Part shown: positions 33,210-45,155 of the stretch, one piece after another
How the letters are laid out: each line of letters opens with the position of its first letter
Position numbering within the stretch: the first letter of the stretch is position 1
NCBI GenBank assembly: GCA_030295235.1
Contig: AP026131.1
Location: forward strand, 744,001-808,000
Direction of reading: 5' to 3'
Source of the DNA: Fistulifera solaris
Lineage: Eukaryota
DNA: 64,000 nt
Made by a program: the position numbers and the translations under genes
Notes under the pieces: model-generated
What the model was told of the DNA's origin: nothing
Databases searched by the model: none
What the model saw: only the letters and a program-made list of their open reading frames with translations

Positions 33210-35905
33210 CAGAATTTCCAGAATTTCTGGAACATGGTAAAGGATCGAATGAACTGGTCCAGAATTTCTGGACCACCACAGAATTTCTGTATGAATAGAA
33301 ATAATACGGAGTAACATTTCCAGAATTTCTGGAACGTGCACCTTCTCTCGTTATGATCAAAACACAATATCCAGAACTTCGGGAGCGCGCAATTGCTTTC
33401 ATTTGGAGCCCAAACAGAGTGTCTAAAGTTTCTGAAGTGTGCACATCAGCATTCGGTAGCATCGAATGAACTGGTCCATAATTTCTGGACCACCACAGAA
33501 TTTCTGTATGAATAGAAATAATCGGAGTAACATTTCCAGAATTTCTGGAACATGCCCTTGCTCTCGTTATAATCAATACACAATATCCAGAACTTCGGGA
33601 GCGCGCTCTTGCCTTCGTTTGGAACCCAAACAGAGTGTCCAAAGTTTCTGAAGTGTGCACATCAGCATTCGGTAGCATCGAAAGAACTGGTCCATAATTT
33701 CTGGACCACCACAGAATTTCTGTATGAATAGAAATAATCGGAGTAACATTTCCAGAATTTCTGGAACATGCCCTTGCTCTCGTTATAATCAAAACACAAT
33801 TTCCAGAATTTCTGGAGCGCGCACTTGCTTTCGTTTGGAGCCCAAACAGAGTGTTCAAAGTTTCTGAAGTGTGCACATCAGCATTCGATAGCATCGAAAG
33901 AACTGGTCCATAATTTCTGGACCACCGCAGAATTTCTGTATGATGAAATAATCGGAGTAACATTTCCAGAATTTCTGGAACATGCCCTTTCTCTCGTTAT
34001 AATCAAAACACAAATAATACCAGGTAACATTTCCAGAATTTCTGGAACATGCCCTTGCTCTCGTTATAATCAATACACAATATCCAGAACTTCGTGAGCG
34101 CGCACTTGCTTTCGTTTGGAACCCAAACAGAGTGTCCAAAGTTTCTGAAGTGTGCACATCAGCATTCGGTAGCATCGAATGAACTGGTCCATAATTTCTG
34201 GACCACCACAGAATTTCTGTATGAATAGAAATAATCGGAGTAACATTTTTCCAGAATTTCTGGAACGTGCACCTTCTCTCGTTATGATCAAAACACAATA
34301 TCCAGAACTTCGGGAGCGCGCACTTGCTTTCATTTGGAACCCAAACAGAGTGTCTAAAGTTTCTGAAGTGTGCACATCAGCATTCGGTAGCATCGAATGA
34401 ACTGGTCCATAATTTCTGGACCAGCACAGAATTTCTGTATGAATAGAAATAATCGGAGTAACATTTCGAGAATTTCTGGAACATGCCCTTGCTCTCGTTA
34501 TGATCAAAACACAATATCCAGAACTTCGCGAGCGCGCACTTGCTTTCGTTTGGAGCCCAAACAGAGTGTCCAAAGTTTCTGAAGTGTGCACATCAGCATT
34601 CGATAGCATCGAAAGAACTGGTCCATAATTTCTGGACCACCGCAGAATTTCTGTATGAATAGAAATAATACGGAGTAACATTTCCAGAATTTCTGGAACG
34701 TGCACCTTCTCTCGTTATGATCAAAACACAATATCCAGAACTTCGGGAGCGCGCACTTGCTTTCGTTTGGAACCCAAACAGAGTTTTCAAAGTTTCTTAA
34801 GTGTGCACATCAGCATTCGGTAGCATCGAATGAACTGGTCCAGAATTTCTGGACCACCACAGAATTTCTGTATGAATAGAAATAATACGGAGTAACATTT
34901 CCAGAATTTCTGGAACATGCCCTTGCTCTCGTTATAATCAATACACAATATCCAGAACTTCGGGAGCGCGCTCTTGCCTTCGTTTGGAACCCAAACAGAG
35001 TGTCCAAAGTTTCTGAAGTGTGCACATCAGCATTCGGTAGCATCGAAAGAACTGGTCCATAATTTCTGGACCACCACAGAATTTCTGTATGAATAGAAAT
35101 AATCGCAATAACATTTCCAGAATTTCTGGAACGTGCCCTTGCTCTCGTTATAATCAAAACACAATATCCAGAACTTCGCGAGCGCGCACTTGCTTTCGTT
35201 TGGAGCCCAAACAGAGTGTTCAAAGTTTCTGAAGTGTGCACATCAGCATTCGATAGCATCGAAAGAACTGGTCCATAATTTCTGGACCACCGCAGAATTT
35301 CTGTATGAAGAAATAATCGGAGTAACATTTCCAGAATTTCTGGAACATGCCCTTGCTCTCGTTATAATCAATACACAAATAATACCAGGTAACATTTCCA
35401 GAATTTCTGGAACATGCCCTTGCTCTCGTTATAATCAATACACAATATCCAGAACTTCGTGAGCGCGCACTTGCTTTCGTTTGGAACCCAAACAGAGTGT
35501 CCAAAGTTTCTGAAGTGTGCACATCAGCATTCGGTAGCATCGAAAGAACTGGTCCATAATTTCTGGACCACCACAGAATCAGAATTTCTGTATGAATAGA
35601 AATAATCGGAGTAACATTTTTCCAGAATTTCTGGAACGTGCACCTTCTCTCGTTATGATCAAAACACAATATCCAGAACTTCGGGAGCGCGCATTTGCTT
35701 TCATTTGGAGCCCAAACAGAGTGTTCAAAGTTTCTTAAGTGTGCACATCAGCATTCGATAGCATCGAAAGAACTGGTCCATAATTTCTGGACCACCACAG
35801 AATTTCTGTATGAATAGAAATAATCGGAGTAACATTTCCAGAATTTCTGGAACGTGCACTTTCTCTTGTTATGATCAAAACACAATATCCAGAACTTCTG
35901 GAGCG
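33210..35905. repeat. Satellite array: ~12 units of 216-218 bp with a 1365-bp higher-order repeat
   Basis: Anchor gacca(c/g)c at 33271, 33488, 33704, 33920, 34201, 34419, 34635, 34852, 35069, 35285, 35566, 35790. The two 281-bp intervals (internal partial duplication) are 1365 bp apart. Degenerate copies continue to ~36300. Confidence 0.97.
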
Positions 35906-36741
35906 AGATGTAGCTTGCAAACGGAACTCATCGTCATCCAACTCATCATTTTAAGGGTTCGACAGGTACAATTTGCATCGTAACGCTCTTCCACATATCT
36001 GGTACCTTCATAGAAAGTAGGTGACCCATTCCCCTTAGGTGGCAAGGATTAATTCTTGCTTGGGTGGCCCAAAAATACCGATGATTCCATTGATTCAATT
36101 TCTGGAAGGTCCACAGGATATCTGTGTGATGCAACACGCGGAACTTGCACAAAATCTCTTTTATCACGGAATACAGCGATCTGGAACGTCAAAAACATCG
36201 AATTTAGATCTAGTATCTCCATGCGACGCAAAGCACCGATTCAAGAATTTCTGGAACGACCACAGACTATGCAAAACATCACTTCCAGAATTTCTGAAAC
36301 TTTTCCCTTCATTGAGTTTTATCGATGCAGGTAGCAACCGAAACTCATCTTATCGTAACATAACCAAATCATTTAGGCTTAGGGAAACACAAACATACCA
36401 GTCCGCGGACGTCGGAGCCGGATTGCTGGTGAAAACGTTATTTCTAGCATTATAGTATTTTACGCTATGAAGCCTAAATGCCCTCTTTGGTGGAATGATG
36501 CTTTTCGATGCTTTCGCGAGAAGGACAAAGCTTCTTTTTCAGCAGCATGACCATTCGTGGCGAAAATCTGCCCAAACATGGATTGACAGGTAGTAAAAGA
36601 TGCTCCACCTGATTATATGCAGTGTCAAAGCATTTTGACAAGAGCCACTTAGCACAATGAAGGATTCCATACTGCTTGGATAACGGTATACCTAGCCGCT
36701 TGTCGCTTGATAAAGATTACCAAAACGAATTCGCATCTCAT

Positions 36742-37559
36742 TCATGGGCCTCGACGTAGCAATACCCAGTCATCCGGCCACCAATCCCATGTAGGTAGCT
36801 CAAGCTGGGAGTCCAATTTTGAGCGAAATGTACATTCGAACCAGCCTTTGTCGTGACAAGTGTCTCTCAACAGCATCATTGCTAAGTAAATTCCAGCGAA
36901 CTGAAATAGCAACGCCGTTATTAACCAGACGCATCCTATGCACCTTGGCGGGCAACATTTCCTCGATTCTTCATACAATGTGTATGCGTCACTCCCTGGC
37001 TGACTGCGCCACACAAGATGGCCGAAAATATCGAGTAAGGCTGACACTGACAAACATACCCCAAAGAAGAGAATAGCAAATGGCAAGATGGGATTGAAGA
37101 TTTTCCATTCCACGTAGATGAGGCCCAAGAGAATTGTCGAGTAGGTCACAATCAAAGACACAAGAGTTCGATTGGGCGAGTAGCACAGGCTGATCAGAAG
37201 AGCTGCTACCATCAAAAGTGCCGCCGCTGTTGCAGTCCTTCGCCCACCACTACAAACCGTGAATACCACGCCCCACACTGCTTCACCAAGATAACCAGCA
37301 GGTGCAATAAGACACCTCCAACCTCCTCTGTATCTTGTGACGCCGCCTTCGTTTTCATACACTTGCAATTGTAGGACCTGACCGCCAGTCAACCAGCATA
37401 CTGCCGCATGTGATATTTCGTGAATTGACGTCGCCAGTAATCTCATGGGTTTGAACAAAAGGTATCTCGTAGAAAAATGATACCAACACCATAAATGACG
37501 TAAAGATAAAGGAAGGCATGCTGCTCATTGTTGCAGCACATGACTTCGTCTGCCGCCAT
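36742..37559 (-). CDS. Peptidase M50B-like membrane protein
   Basis: IHEISHAAVCWLTGG (HExxH), NEGGVT, APAGYLG, SDA motif and several TM helices; homopolymer indel at ~37458 joins the N-terminus MAADEVMCC. Confidence 0.85.
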
Positions 37560-37984
37560 GTCTCTGTACAGTAGGGTTGAGAGGCGTTTGTTTGAAACCC
37601 GAACCAGAAATCCTATGATCTTGGTGTTATCATGGTGCCGCAAAGACTTTCATCGATCATCCAGTGCATCTTTTCACTTGCCATCGGGTCGGAATGAAAT
37701 TTTTCGTCACGCCATCCTAATTATCGGTCACAATGTTGTTTCGTGTTTAGCAACCGGTACCTAATACTCCCACGAGACTACTTTCCTACTTACAGTAATG
37801 TTTCCGACGGTTGATTCAAATAGAGGTGCGCTCAAGTGTGAATAATGTAAAAGCATCGTGCAGATTGGTGGATGATGCGATTGAAAGCAAACATCAACAT
37901 CAAAAACAAGTGCTTGTCAAGGGTCGACTCAAATATTGATACAATCGAACAAAGCTAGCGACATTGCCCACGTAACGAGGCGCG

Positions 37985-40000
37985 ATGAACGAACAGGGCA
38001 AGCGCGTGCACCGCGAAGAGCCCCATCATGTCCTCCCTTCCCCGGACGGTACGATGATCTTGCCCAAGCGACTGAAGCCGGCTCCTTTCAAGACCCGGTT
38101 CATATCTCCCCGAGATCACGACACGGCACGCACCAATGACGAAATTCATACTTCAATTTCATTCTGTCCGGTAGTTCGAGCAATCGTGGACACTCGTGTG
38201 TTTCAGAGACTCCGGGGAATTCAGCAATTGGCGCGGGCGGATCTTGTGTTCATGAACACGAATCATTCGCGGTTCGAGCACTCGTTAGGAGTAGCTCATT
38301 TAGCCGAGAGACTATGCAAGCGCCTCCAAGAACAGCATCCGAAATTGAAAATCAGCCACAAGGATGTATTGTGTGTCAAATTGGCTGGATTGTTGCACGA
38401 CATTGGTCACGGCCCGTTCTCCCATACGTACGAAGTTGTTGTCAAGAACGCACTTCCCCAATACCTCGACGATCATCCGGACTTGAAGGAGCACTATGCG
38501 GGATATCCTAAACTTGCCAAGGACTGGTGTCACGAAAAGGTCAGCCTCGACATGATCGATCTTTGCCTAGATGAGCTGGGTCTCCAAATTGACTATCAAG
38601 AATTGGATCGTCCTTTGAAACAGATCGGTGATGGTCTTGATCGGTGCAGTATGCGATGTTTCAATTCCTTCAAAAACGAGATTGACGATTTCTCCATCAC
38701 GAAGGTACATTATAACGATGACGATGATATTCTCACCTCGAGGGACTTTTGCTTCATCAAGGAGTGTATCCTCGGCAGGCCGCTCCCCGGGTTTAAAGAC
38801 TTTATTGGACGGACCAACATGCACAAAGAGTTTCTCTATGATATTGTTTGCAATCGCCACTCCGGTTTAGATGTCGATAAGATTGATTACTTTGCCCGCG
38901 ACGAGCGCCGCGCGATCTGGGCGTCGGGAGAGATCGAAACACTCATGGTCGACGAAGCGGTTGTAGCATGGGCCGCTTGCACAGCCGAACGCGGCTCCTG
39001 TCCCGGTTGTGATCGACCTGAACACAAACATCATAAACACCACCTAATGATTTGCTATCCCGAGAAACGCATTCCCGATTGCTTACGCTTCTTCAAGAAA
39101 CGATACACAAATCACGACACTATTTACAAGCATAAGACGACACGAGCGGGGCAGTTGCTCATGTGCGATATCCTTTGTCAGGCTGACCCCTTCTTTCGAA
39201 TCTTTACACCGCATCCCTTTGTGAAGCGTGGGCCTCTTTTTCCTCAAAAGTTCGAAAAACTCCCTTTGAGCTTGGCCATGCTCGATCCTTACGTGTTTAT
39301 GGATTTGGACGATTCAATCTTCGAACTAATTCTTCACAGCCCCGATCCTCGCTTGAATCCAGCCAAGAAACTCATCTACGAGCGGTACAAATCTCGGAAA
39401 CTCTACAAGTGTGTCGGTTGGGAAGTGATCGACCGAAAGGATGAAATCGGAATGAACATTTGGAAAAAGTCAGAGTCACAGATTGCCGCTGAAATGCTAA
39501 CTATGGGTGGAGAACATCGCGACAGTGACGGAAAGCCTCTCGTTTTGGAGAAGGAGGACTTTGTTTTAGACAAATGCAGCTCGAATTACGGATCTGGCGA
39601 CAAGAACCCTCTCGAGAAGATGCGATTCGTTCGGCGCGAAGACATGAGTACCCACAAAAAGCACAGACCGGCTGAAGATCTTCCTTTGGCTATTCTGTTT
39701 GACGAAAAACGATTTTCAACGGAGCTACCGCGATCGTTCGAGAGTAACATCATTCGTGTTTATTCTCGAAATGATGAGAAGTCCGACCTTGTCGGCCATG
39801 TCTTTGCAGAGTGGATTGAGAAGGCTCTCTTAGGAAAGGCTGGTATCTTCTCTATGACATCGGACCCCGAAGAAGTAGACGATGACGAAGAAGAAGATTG
39901 TAAACTCCCACCTGTTGAACTTTCCCAAGAAAGCATTCCTGAAAATTATCGCGAGTTCTATGGAGAAGACGACGATGATGATAAATCGATAGCCCTATAG
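37985..40000 (+). CDS. HD-domain dNTP triphosphohydrolase, SAMHD1-like (no SAM domain)
   Basis: VDTRVFQRLRGIQQL, HSRFEHSLGVAHLA, LLHDIGHGPFSH, W.HE, LYDIVCNRHSGLDVDKIDYFARD, IYKHKT, RKLYKCV. Confidence 0.9.
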   Translation: MNEQGKRVHREEPHHVLPSPDGTMILPKRLKPAPFKTRFISPRDHDTARTNDEIHTSISFCPVVRAIVDTRVFQRLRGIQQLARADLVFMNTNHSRFEHSLGVAHLAERLCKRLQEQHPKLKISHKDVLCVKLAGLLHDIGHGPFSHTYEVVVKNALPQYLDDHPDLKEHYAGYPKLAKDWCHEKVSLDMIDLCLDELGLQIDYQELDRPLKQIGDGLDRCSMRCFNSFKNEIDDFSITKVHYNDDDDILTSRDFCFIKECILGRPLPGFKDFIGRTNMHKEFLYDIVCNRHSGLDVDKIDYFARDERRAIWASGEIETLMVDEAVVAWAACTAERGSCPGCDRPEHKHHKHHLMICYPEKRIPDCLRFFKKRYTNHDTIYKHKTTRAGQLLMCDILCQADPFFRIFTPHPFVKRGPLFPQKFEKLPLSLAMLDPYVFMDLDDSIFELILHSPDPRLNPAKKLIYERYKSRKLYKCVGWEVIDRKDEIGMNIWKKSESQIAAEMLTMGGEHRDSDGKPLVLEKEDFVLDKCSSNYGSGDKNPLEKMRFVRREDMSTHKKHRPAEDLPLAILFDEKRFSTELPRSFESNIIRVYSRNDEKSDLVGHVFAEWIEKALLGKAGIFSMTSDPEEVDDDEEEDCKLPPVELSQESIPENYREFYGEDDDDDKSIAL

Positions 40001-40098
40001 ATGCCTGGTAGTTCACACATAGAACTACTTCGAATGGCACCGCCTAAATATTTGAGGAACAAACCGACTATTAGAATTGCTGATAATCTGAATAGATA

Positions 40099-42783
40099 TT
40101 AAAACTTGCTGAAGTAGCCTGAAATGATCTCTGTCAAATCTATCGTTTCGGTCGGACTCTCATCATCTTCGTCCGAGTCAAAACTCTCCCACGAACCATC
40201 TTCATCGTCAACGTTTGCATTGCTTGCGACGATCTCCATGTTCGAAACATTATCCACTTGCATTTCGTGCTCATTTACCCCGCAATCAACGATATCGTCA
40301 TCGAGTAAAGGCTCTGGTATGTTGTCCTTGAAAACTTTCCTCAACAAAACTGATTCTTCGATCGCAGAACGCTTGAAGGGAGGCACGCAGCACAAACGCC
40401 GATGACCTGATTTCAAATCCTCCTTTAAACATTTTTTGGAACAGTAACACGCCGTTCCGCAACCCGGGCAAACATGAAATGGTTTCGCAATATCATTCTC
40501 GATAGGAGCGTCATCTTCTTCCTGTCTCCGCCGTTGTGGGTCCTTCGTAATTGCGTTTAGCTGGCATGTATATGACCAGCACTCCGACTGTCTATCTGGC
40601 CACCATCTCCGATCGATAAAAGGTACAATGCGGAGCACGACTTCATTTGGTATACGCAAGCGGTGGGTACAAAGGAACAATTCTTTCATGCTACGTTGAA
40701 AGAGTGCGAGTAAGTATAGTGCATAGTTGGTCTCCAAGGAGCATGCCATGCACGTAACGCAACGAGAACAGAGAAATCATAGCGTGATTGTAATTGAGAT
40801 AGAGAAAGACCTCTTTCGTTCTACCAGGGATTCGAAAAATCGAGATTAGTAAAGGATCATTTCTTCATGCGGATTAAATGCACTTACCTCATCGCTAACC
40901 CAAGGATCAAACTCTTCATCAGAATCATCTTCGGAACCCGCACTATTATCCTCGTCTTCGTCTTCTACAGGATACTGATATTCGTGCCTACGAAAATGGT
41001 GAACAAATCCATGGTCACATGGTAGTGAAAAGCAGCAACTGGACTTACCAGAGCACAATAGGATCGTCCATATTCAACGGGAAACCGCACCAAACCACAA
41101 AGTCACCATATCCCATTCGTGAAAGTCGAACATCGACCATGTCGCGAACAAAAAGCGAACGGATTGTATTCAGTACTTTATCAGGTCTTTCGAGATCTAG
41201 TATATCCGAAATGGACTCCGAGTCGATCTGTGTAGCTTCCCGTGGCGTGCAAATGATAAAACTTGCATTGGTTTCTGCAGAACACGATCGATATATCTTG
41301 TCGGACTAATCAAGCTTGGAAACATACCGGGATGTTCTGCTAGTAAGTACGAACTGCCTTCCTCGATGTGTTCAAGATCGTTCACGCGATTTGGTGGAGG
41401 AGAAGCACAATCCATAAATCCATAACCTGTGTTCTTCACAGCTTCGCTTGCCAGGGTAAAATATGGCTCATTATCAGGTAGCATCTCGACCGTGGCGTCC
41501 CCCAAATCGACCAAAGTGCGTATACAATTCCAATATGAAGATAAGAAAGTCCCAAGAGTATCACTGGACACCCCTACACGCTTGATAGCCTCTCGACAGC
41601 GTCTTCGTTCCAAGTTAGCTCGGGTGCCTAATGCCCGCAACAAAATTTCCACTAGCTGAATATGCAAACTCGAAGGACGATCTTCCGTTCGCAGCGCCGC
41701 GACAACCCGCTTTAAGCGTGCTCTTCTTTGCTTTTCCAAAGGCTGGAATTCGACCAAGAGATGACCGAATTCGTCTAAATACCGCGAACGGACAAAGGAT
41801 GCTATAGTAACCGCGTGTTCTTCAGTCATGATTGTGATTCCTAATCCGATGGCCAAATGTAGACCATTCATGAAAGCCGACCATTCCCCACAATCATGAT
41901 CTTTCTCCCCGATATCGCATAAATTGTCACACTCCACGCATTCGCTGTTCACAATGAGCAACACCTTTCGCAAAACAGCGACATCGTCCAGAGCTCGTTC
42001 TCGTGATAGCCTCGTCAAGATCGTCAAAGCCAAATAATAATCACGTTGAACTTCCGACAAGGCGTGTCGTAGCAAACGCAACAATATGTTCCACTTCATA
42101 TCGCGCGGTAACCGCGTCGAAATAGAAAATTGAAGGTTATTATTCTCCGCCAGAGTCTTGCCCTGAAAAAACATGTCCCTCATCTGAGTCCAGAATTCGT
42201 GTTGCCCGTCGTAGAGGCTACGTGGTCGTGTCGCCGGACTCCAATGTGACGACAACTCTATTGCTTGTTCCAGCAATATGCAGTGAATGACCGAGTCGGG
42301 AGAAGTGTACAACTCTTCATCCCCAAACGGAATCCTAATTTGCCTGCCGCCTGCGGCGCGTAACACCGGGTTGGCAAAGAAGCAATTGCGACAAAATTCA
42401 AAATGATTTTCTTCCGGCTGCTGAATGCGGTTATAAAGGGAACGCCTATCGGGTCTTTGATCCGGTCGTGGTCGTAACGCGTCTTCAGGAATCGGATGTT
42501 CTTCATTGAAAGGATACAAGCAATCGTAAGCATCAATGAGAGGATAATAAAAGTCGTGGTACGGGTACAACGATGTATCCTGAACAATCCCTTCCGCGTT
42601 AAAGTAGTTTCGTCGTGCAACAGGATGAGAACAATGCGGAATGGTAATGGTTTCTTCGTATTTGAGTGACTCAAGGCGCCATTCCTCCTCGAGTTGCTGT
42701 TCAACAGGACGGACGGTCGCGATTTCGGCTTCAACAGCGTCTCGTTGAAGAGGCCGAAAATGAAAGCAGTCCTTCGAATTCAT
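40099..42783 (-). CDS. Large protein with C-terminal MYND-type zinc finger
   Basis: CWSYTC...CPGCGTACYCSKKCLKEDLKSGHRRLC. Exons are linked by introns (~40821-40887, ~40988-41048) and indels (~40700, ~41280). Start approximate. Confidence 0.6.
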
Positions 42784-43624
42784 TATTCGACATGTAAGCA
42801 CGCTTTGAAGCTGATAGAGAATGACAAGAAAGTGAATAGTATTTTCTATATTTTACTACGTATTGTAGTAGCGAATGCATTTTTCATTCAACGCAACGCG
42901 AAGCGACGAATCATCATCATCACAAAAAAAAAGTAAAAAAGCCTCGATCATAAATCATGACTGCAAAATCCTGTCACGCGTCCGAGAGTTCACTCTTTAG
43001 GCCATACTCCGTAGTAAGTAGTAAGCATAGATTATTGTAGATGAAGCCAGTATGGAGGAAACGTTTAAAACGGCGTGATGATGATCTGATGCGCCAATTT
43101 CAACAAGACTTTGCCCAACATCACTTCTGCGTGCAATGATACAATAATCTACCTTGAATGGACTGTGAAACATGAAACAGTAAATCAATACAACGCTTCG
43201 AATGTCTACGCGTAGTTTACGTAGCCGCCATAGGAAATTTATCTCTGCAGGGGTACCCGGATATTGTGTTTTTCTCCGTCCTCCAATTCTTGGTTTTAAA
43301 GTGCCCAGATCCCAGATGTCATCGTTTCCTTGTCCACCGTATTGTATTCGTATCAGCAAGCAATAAGTGTCATCGAGTTGACAACAAAACGTTGATGGAA
43401 CGAATGATGCAACGCTTCGAGTGTCTACGTGTTTTCACGTAGCTCTCGTAGGGAAATTCTTATCGACAGAGGCAAACCAGGATTTTTTGTTCAAGCACGC
43501 ACACGCGCAACAAAAAAAATGAGGAATGAGGTATTGTGAGACGCAAGTAATTTACCTGGTATCTTTTGGGTGTCATCTCGAGGCTAACTTAACACTTCGT
43601 TTCATCCATTGCATCAATTAGTTT

Positions 43625-45048
43625 ATGTTAACAATGAAACGCCTGCAAGTGTTGGCACTGGTTTGTTCTTCGTTGACTCTACGACGACAAACTGCCGCGT
43701 TCCTGCTCGAAACAAAACGATTCTTTCATCGTGATCGCGTGTGGCTCACTAGCCAGCGCGACGACGACGCCTTTATTCGTCGTCAGAAAGCGGCGGGTGC
43801 CAATACGAAAATTCAGTCGGCTGCGGAATATTTAGAGCTGCAAAAGAAAGTCTTCAATGAAATGTCCGATGCGTTCGCTTCTGGGAACACCCTCTCCGAC
43901 GACTTGCTGCCGGTCTACGAATATTTGACCGATCAAATCGCCCGTCGCTTTAATACTACTACACCCGTCCGCATCTTGGATGTGGCGTGTGGAACGGGTG
44001 CCTTGTTCCCATTCTTGGCGTGTCGATTCGATTCATTGGATCTGGTTGGCGTGGATGTGTCCCCCAAAATGGTGCAAGGAGCGCAACAATTTGCTCAGAA
44101 AGTCATGCAGGACTATCCGAAGACTCAGATCAATGTAGTGGAAGCCGACATTTTAATGTACGAGTCCCCAGATCGGTTTGATGGCATCGTTATGAACGCC
44201 TGTTTTGGGAACTTTTGGAATAGCCTGGATGTTTTAGAACGAGCTGCCCAGTTGTTAAAGCCACCAACTCCACAAACACCCGGAGGGCTTTTGTTTATTA
44301 CGCACCCACTCGGAGCTGAATTTGTGGCCCAACTGCATCAAGAAACTCCCGAAACAGTACCCCATTGTTTGCCGGATCAAGAACAGTTGATTCATATGAC
44401 ACGCTTTTTACCTTTGCAGTTGATCGACTTGCAAAAAGTGTTTCCTTAACAGGCGAGGCGCAACCTTTTTATTGTGGGACACTGGAACGTGTTCGTCACT
44501 GTTGTTTGCCGCAATTAATGCGCTTCCGGGGCCCTGTCGCGAGTGGGTACGGTAGAGGAGGGAAGAAATTGGGGTTTCCGACCGCCAACTTGGAACCTGC
44601 CTTGTTCCGAAAGGCGCTAGAAACAGTCCCGACAGGTGTCTACTTTGGATGGGCTGTGATCGAAGGACGCAATGCTTGTCACAAAGCCGTGGTGAATGTG
44701 GGATTTTCTCCGACGTTTGAAGGAGCTGAAAATGCAGAAAAGATTGTGGAAGCGCATTTGCTGTTGGAGGAATCTATCGACGACTTTTATGGTGAAACGA
44801 TGCGGTTGCAGCTGCATGGATTTTTGCGTCCAGAAATTAAGTTCGATTCATTTCCTGCATTAGTGGCACAGATCACCGCGGATGCGAAAGAAGCTAAGGA
44901 AGCTCTGGATTTACGTCCGTATTCGACGTTGAAAAGCGATACATTCTTAGAGATTAACAACCCAACATGGATAGGAAACATTGGAGGCGATGACCAAGCC
45001 AGCTGGGAGTTTCAAGACTCAAACGAAGCAATTGAGGAATTGTTTTAG
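43625..45048 (+). CDS. Fusion of class I SAM methyltransferase and riboflavin kinase, plastid-type leader
   Basis: ILDVACGTG, VGVDVSPKM, FDGIVMNACF; then GPVASGYGRGGKKLGFPTANL, GVYFGWA, VNVGFSPTF, VEAHLL, DFYGETMRL..FLRPEIKF. Adding one A to the run at ~44433 joins the frames (LQK-SVSLTG). Confidence 0.8.
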
Positions 45049-45155
45049 AGTGATTCTTCGAGAGTTTCCTGCCATAATCACACTGATGACACACACAAAT
45101 AACTTATCGCTATGCTTTTAACCGATTTTATAGCCTATAAGGATCGTTGACGAAC

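Noticed and set aside
33210..35905. CRISPR-like array (palindromic repeats separated by spacers)
   Set aside because: The intervening sequences are themselves repeated rather than unique, no cas genes are present, and the context is eukaryotic.
33109..35941. ORFs running through the 216-bp (72-codon) satellite as a repeat protein
   Set aside because: Unit-to-unit substitutions in the open frame are mostly non-synonymous (P/S, L/H, F/L, D/N), two units carry an in-frame TAA, and unit lengths of 217, 218 and 281 break frame.
36742..42783. Defence-island interpretation of the satellite + M50B peptidase + SAMHD1-like + MYND genes
   Set aside because: Only adjacency supports it; orientations are mixed and neighbouring genes in such genomes are usually functionally unrelated.
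43259..43272. 14-bp match (ggatattgtgtttt) to the reverse complement of the satellite unit
   Set aside because: Short and AT-rich; roughly 0.1 such matches are expected by chance and the similarity does not extend.
44433..44449. Programmed ribosomal frameshifting at this and the other frame breaks
   Set aside because: Breaks go in both directions, share no slippery motif beyond homopolymers, and differ between paralogues; assembly error is more parsimonious.
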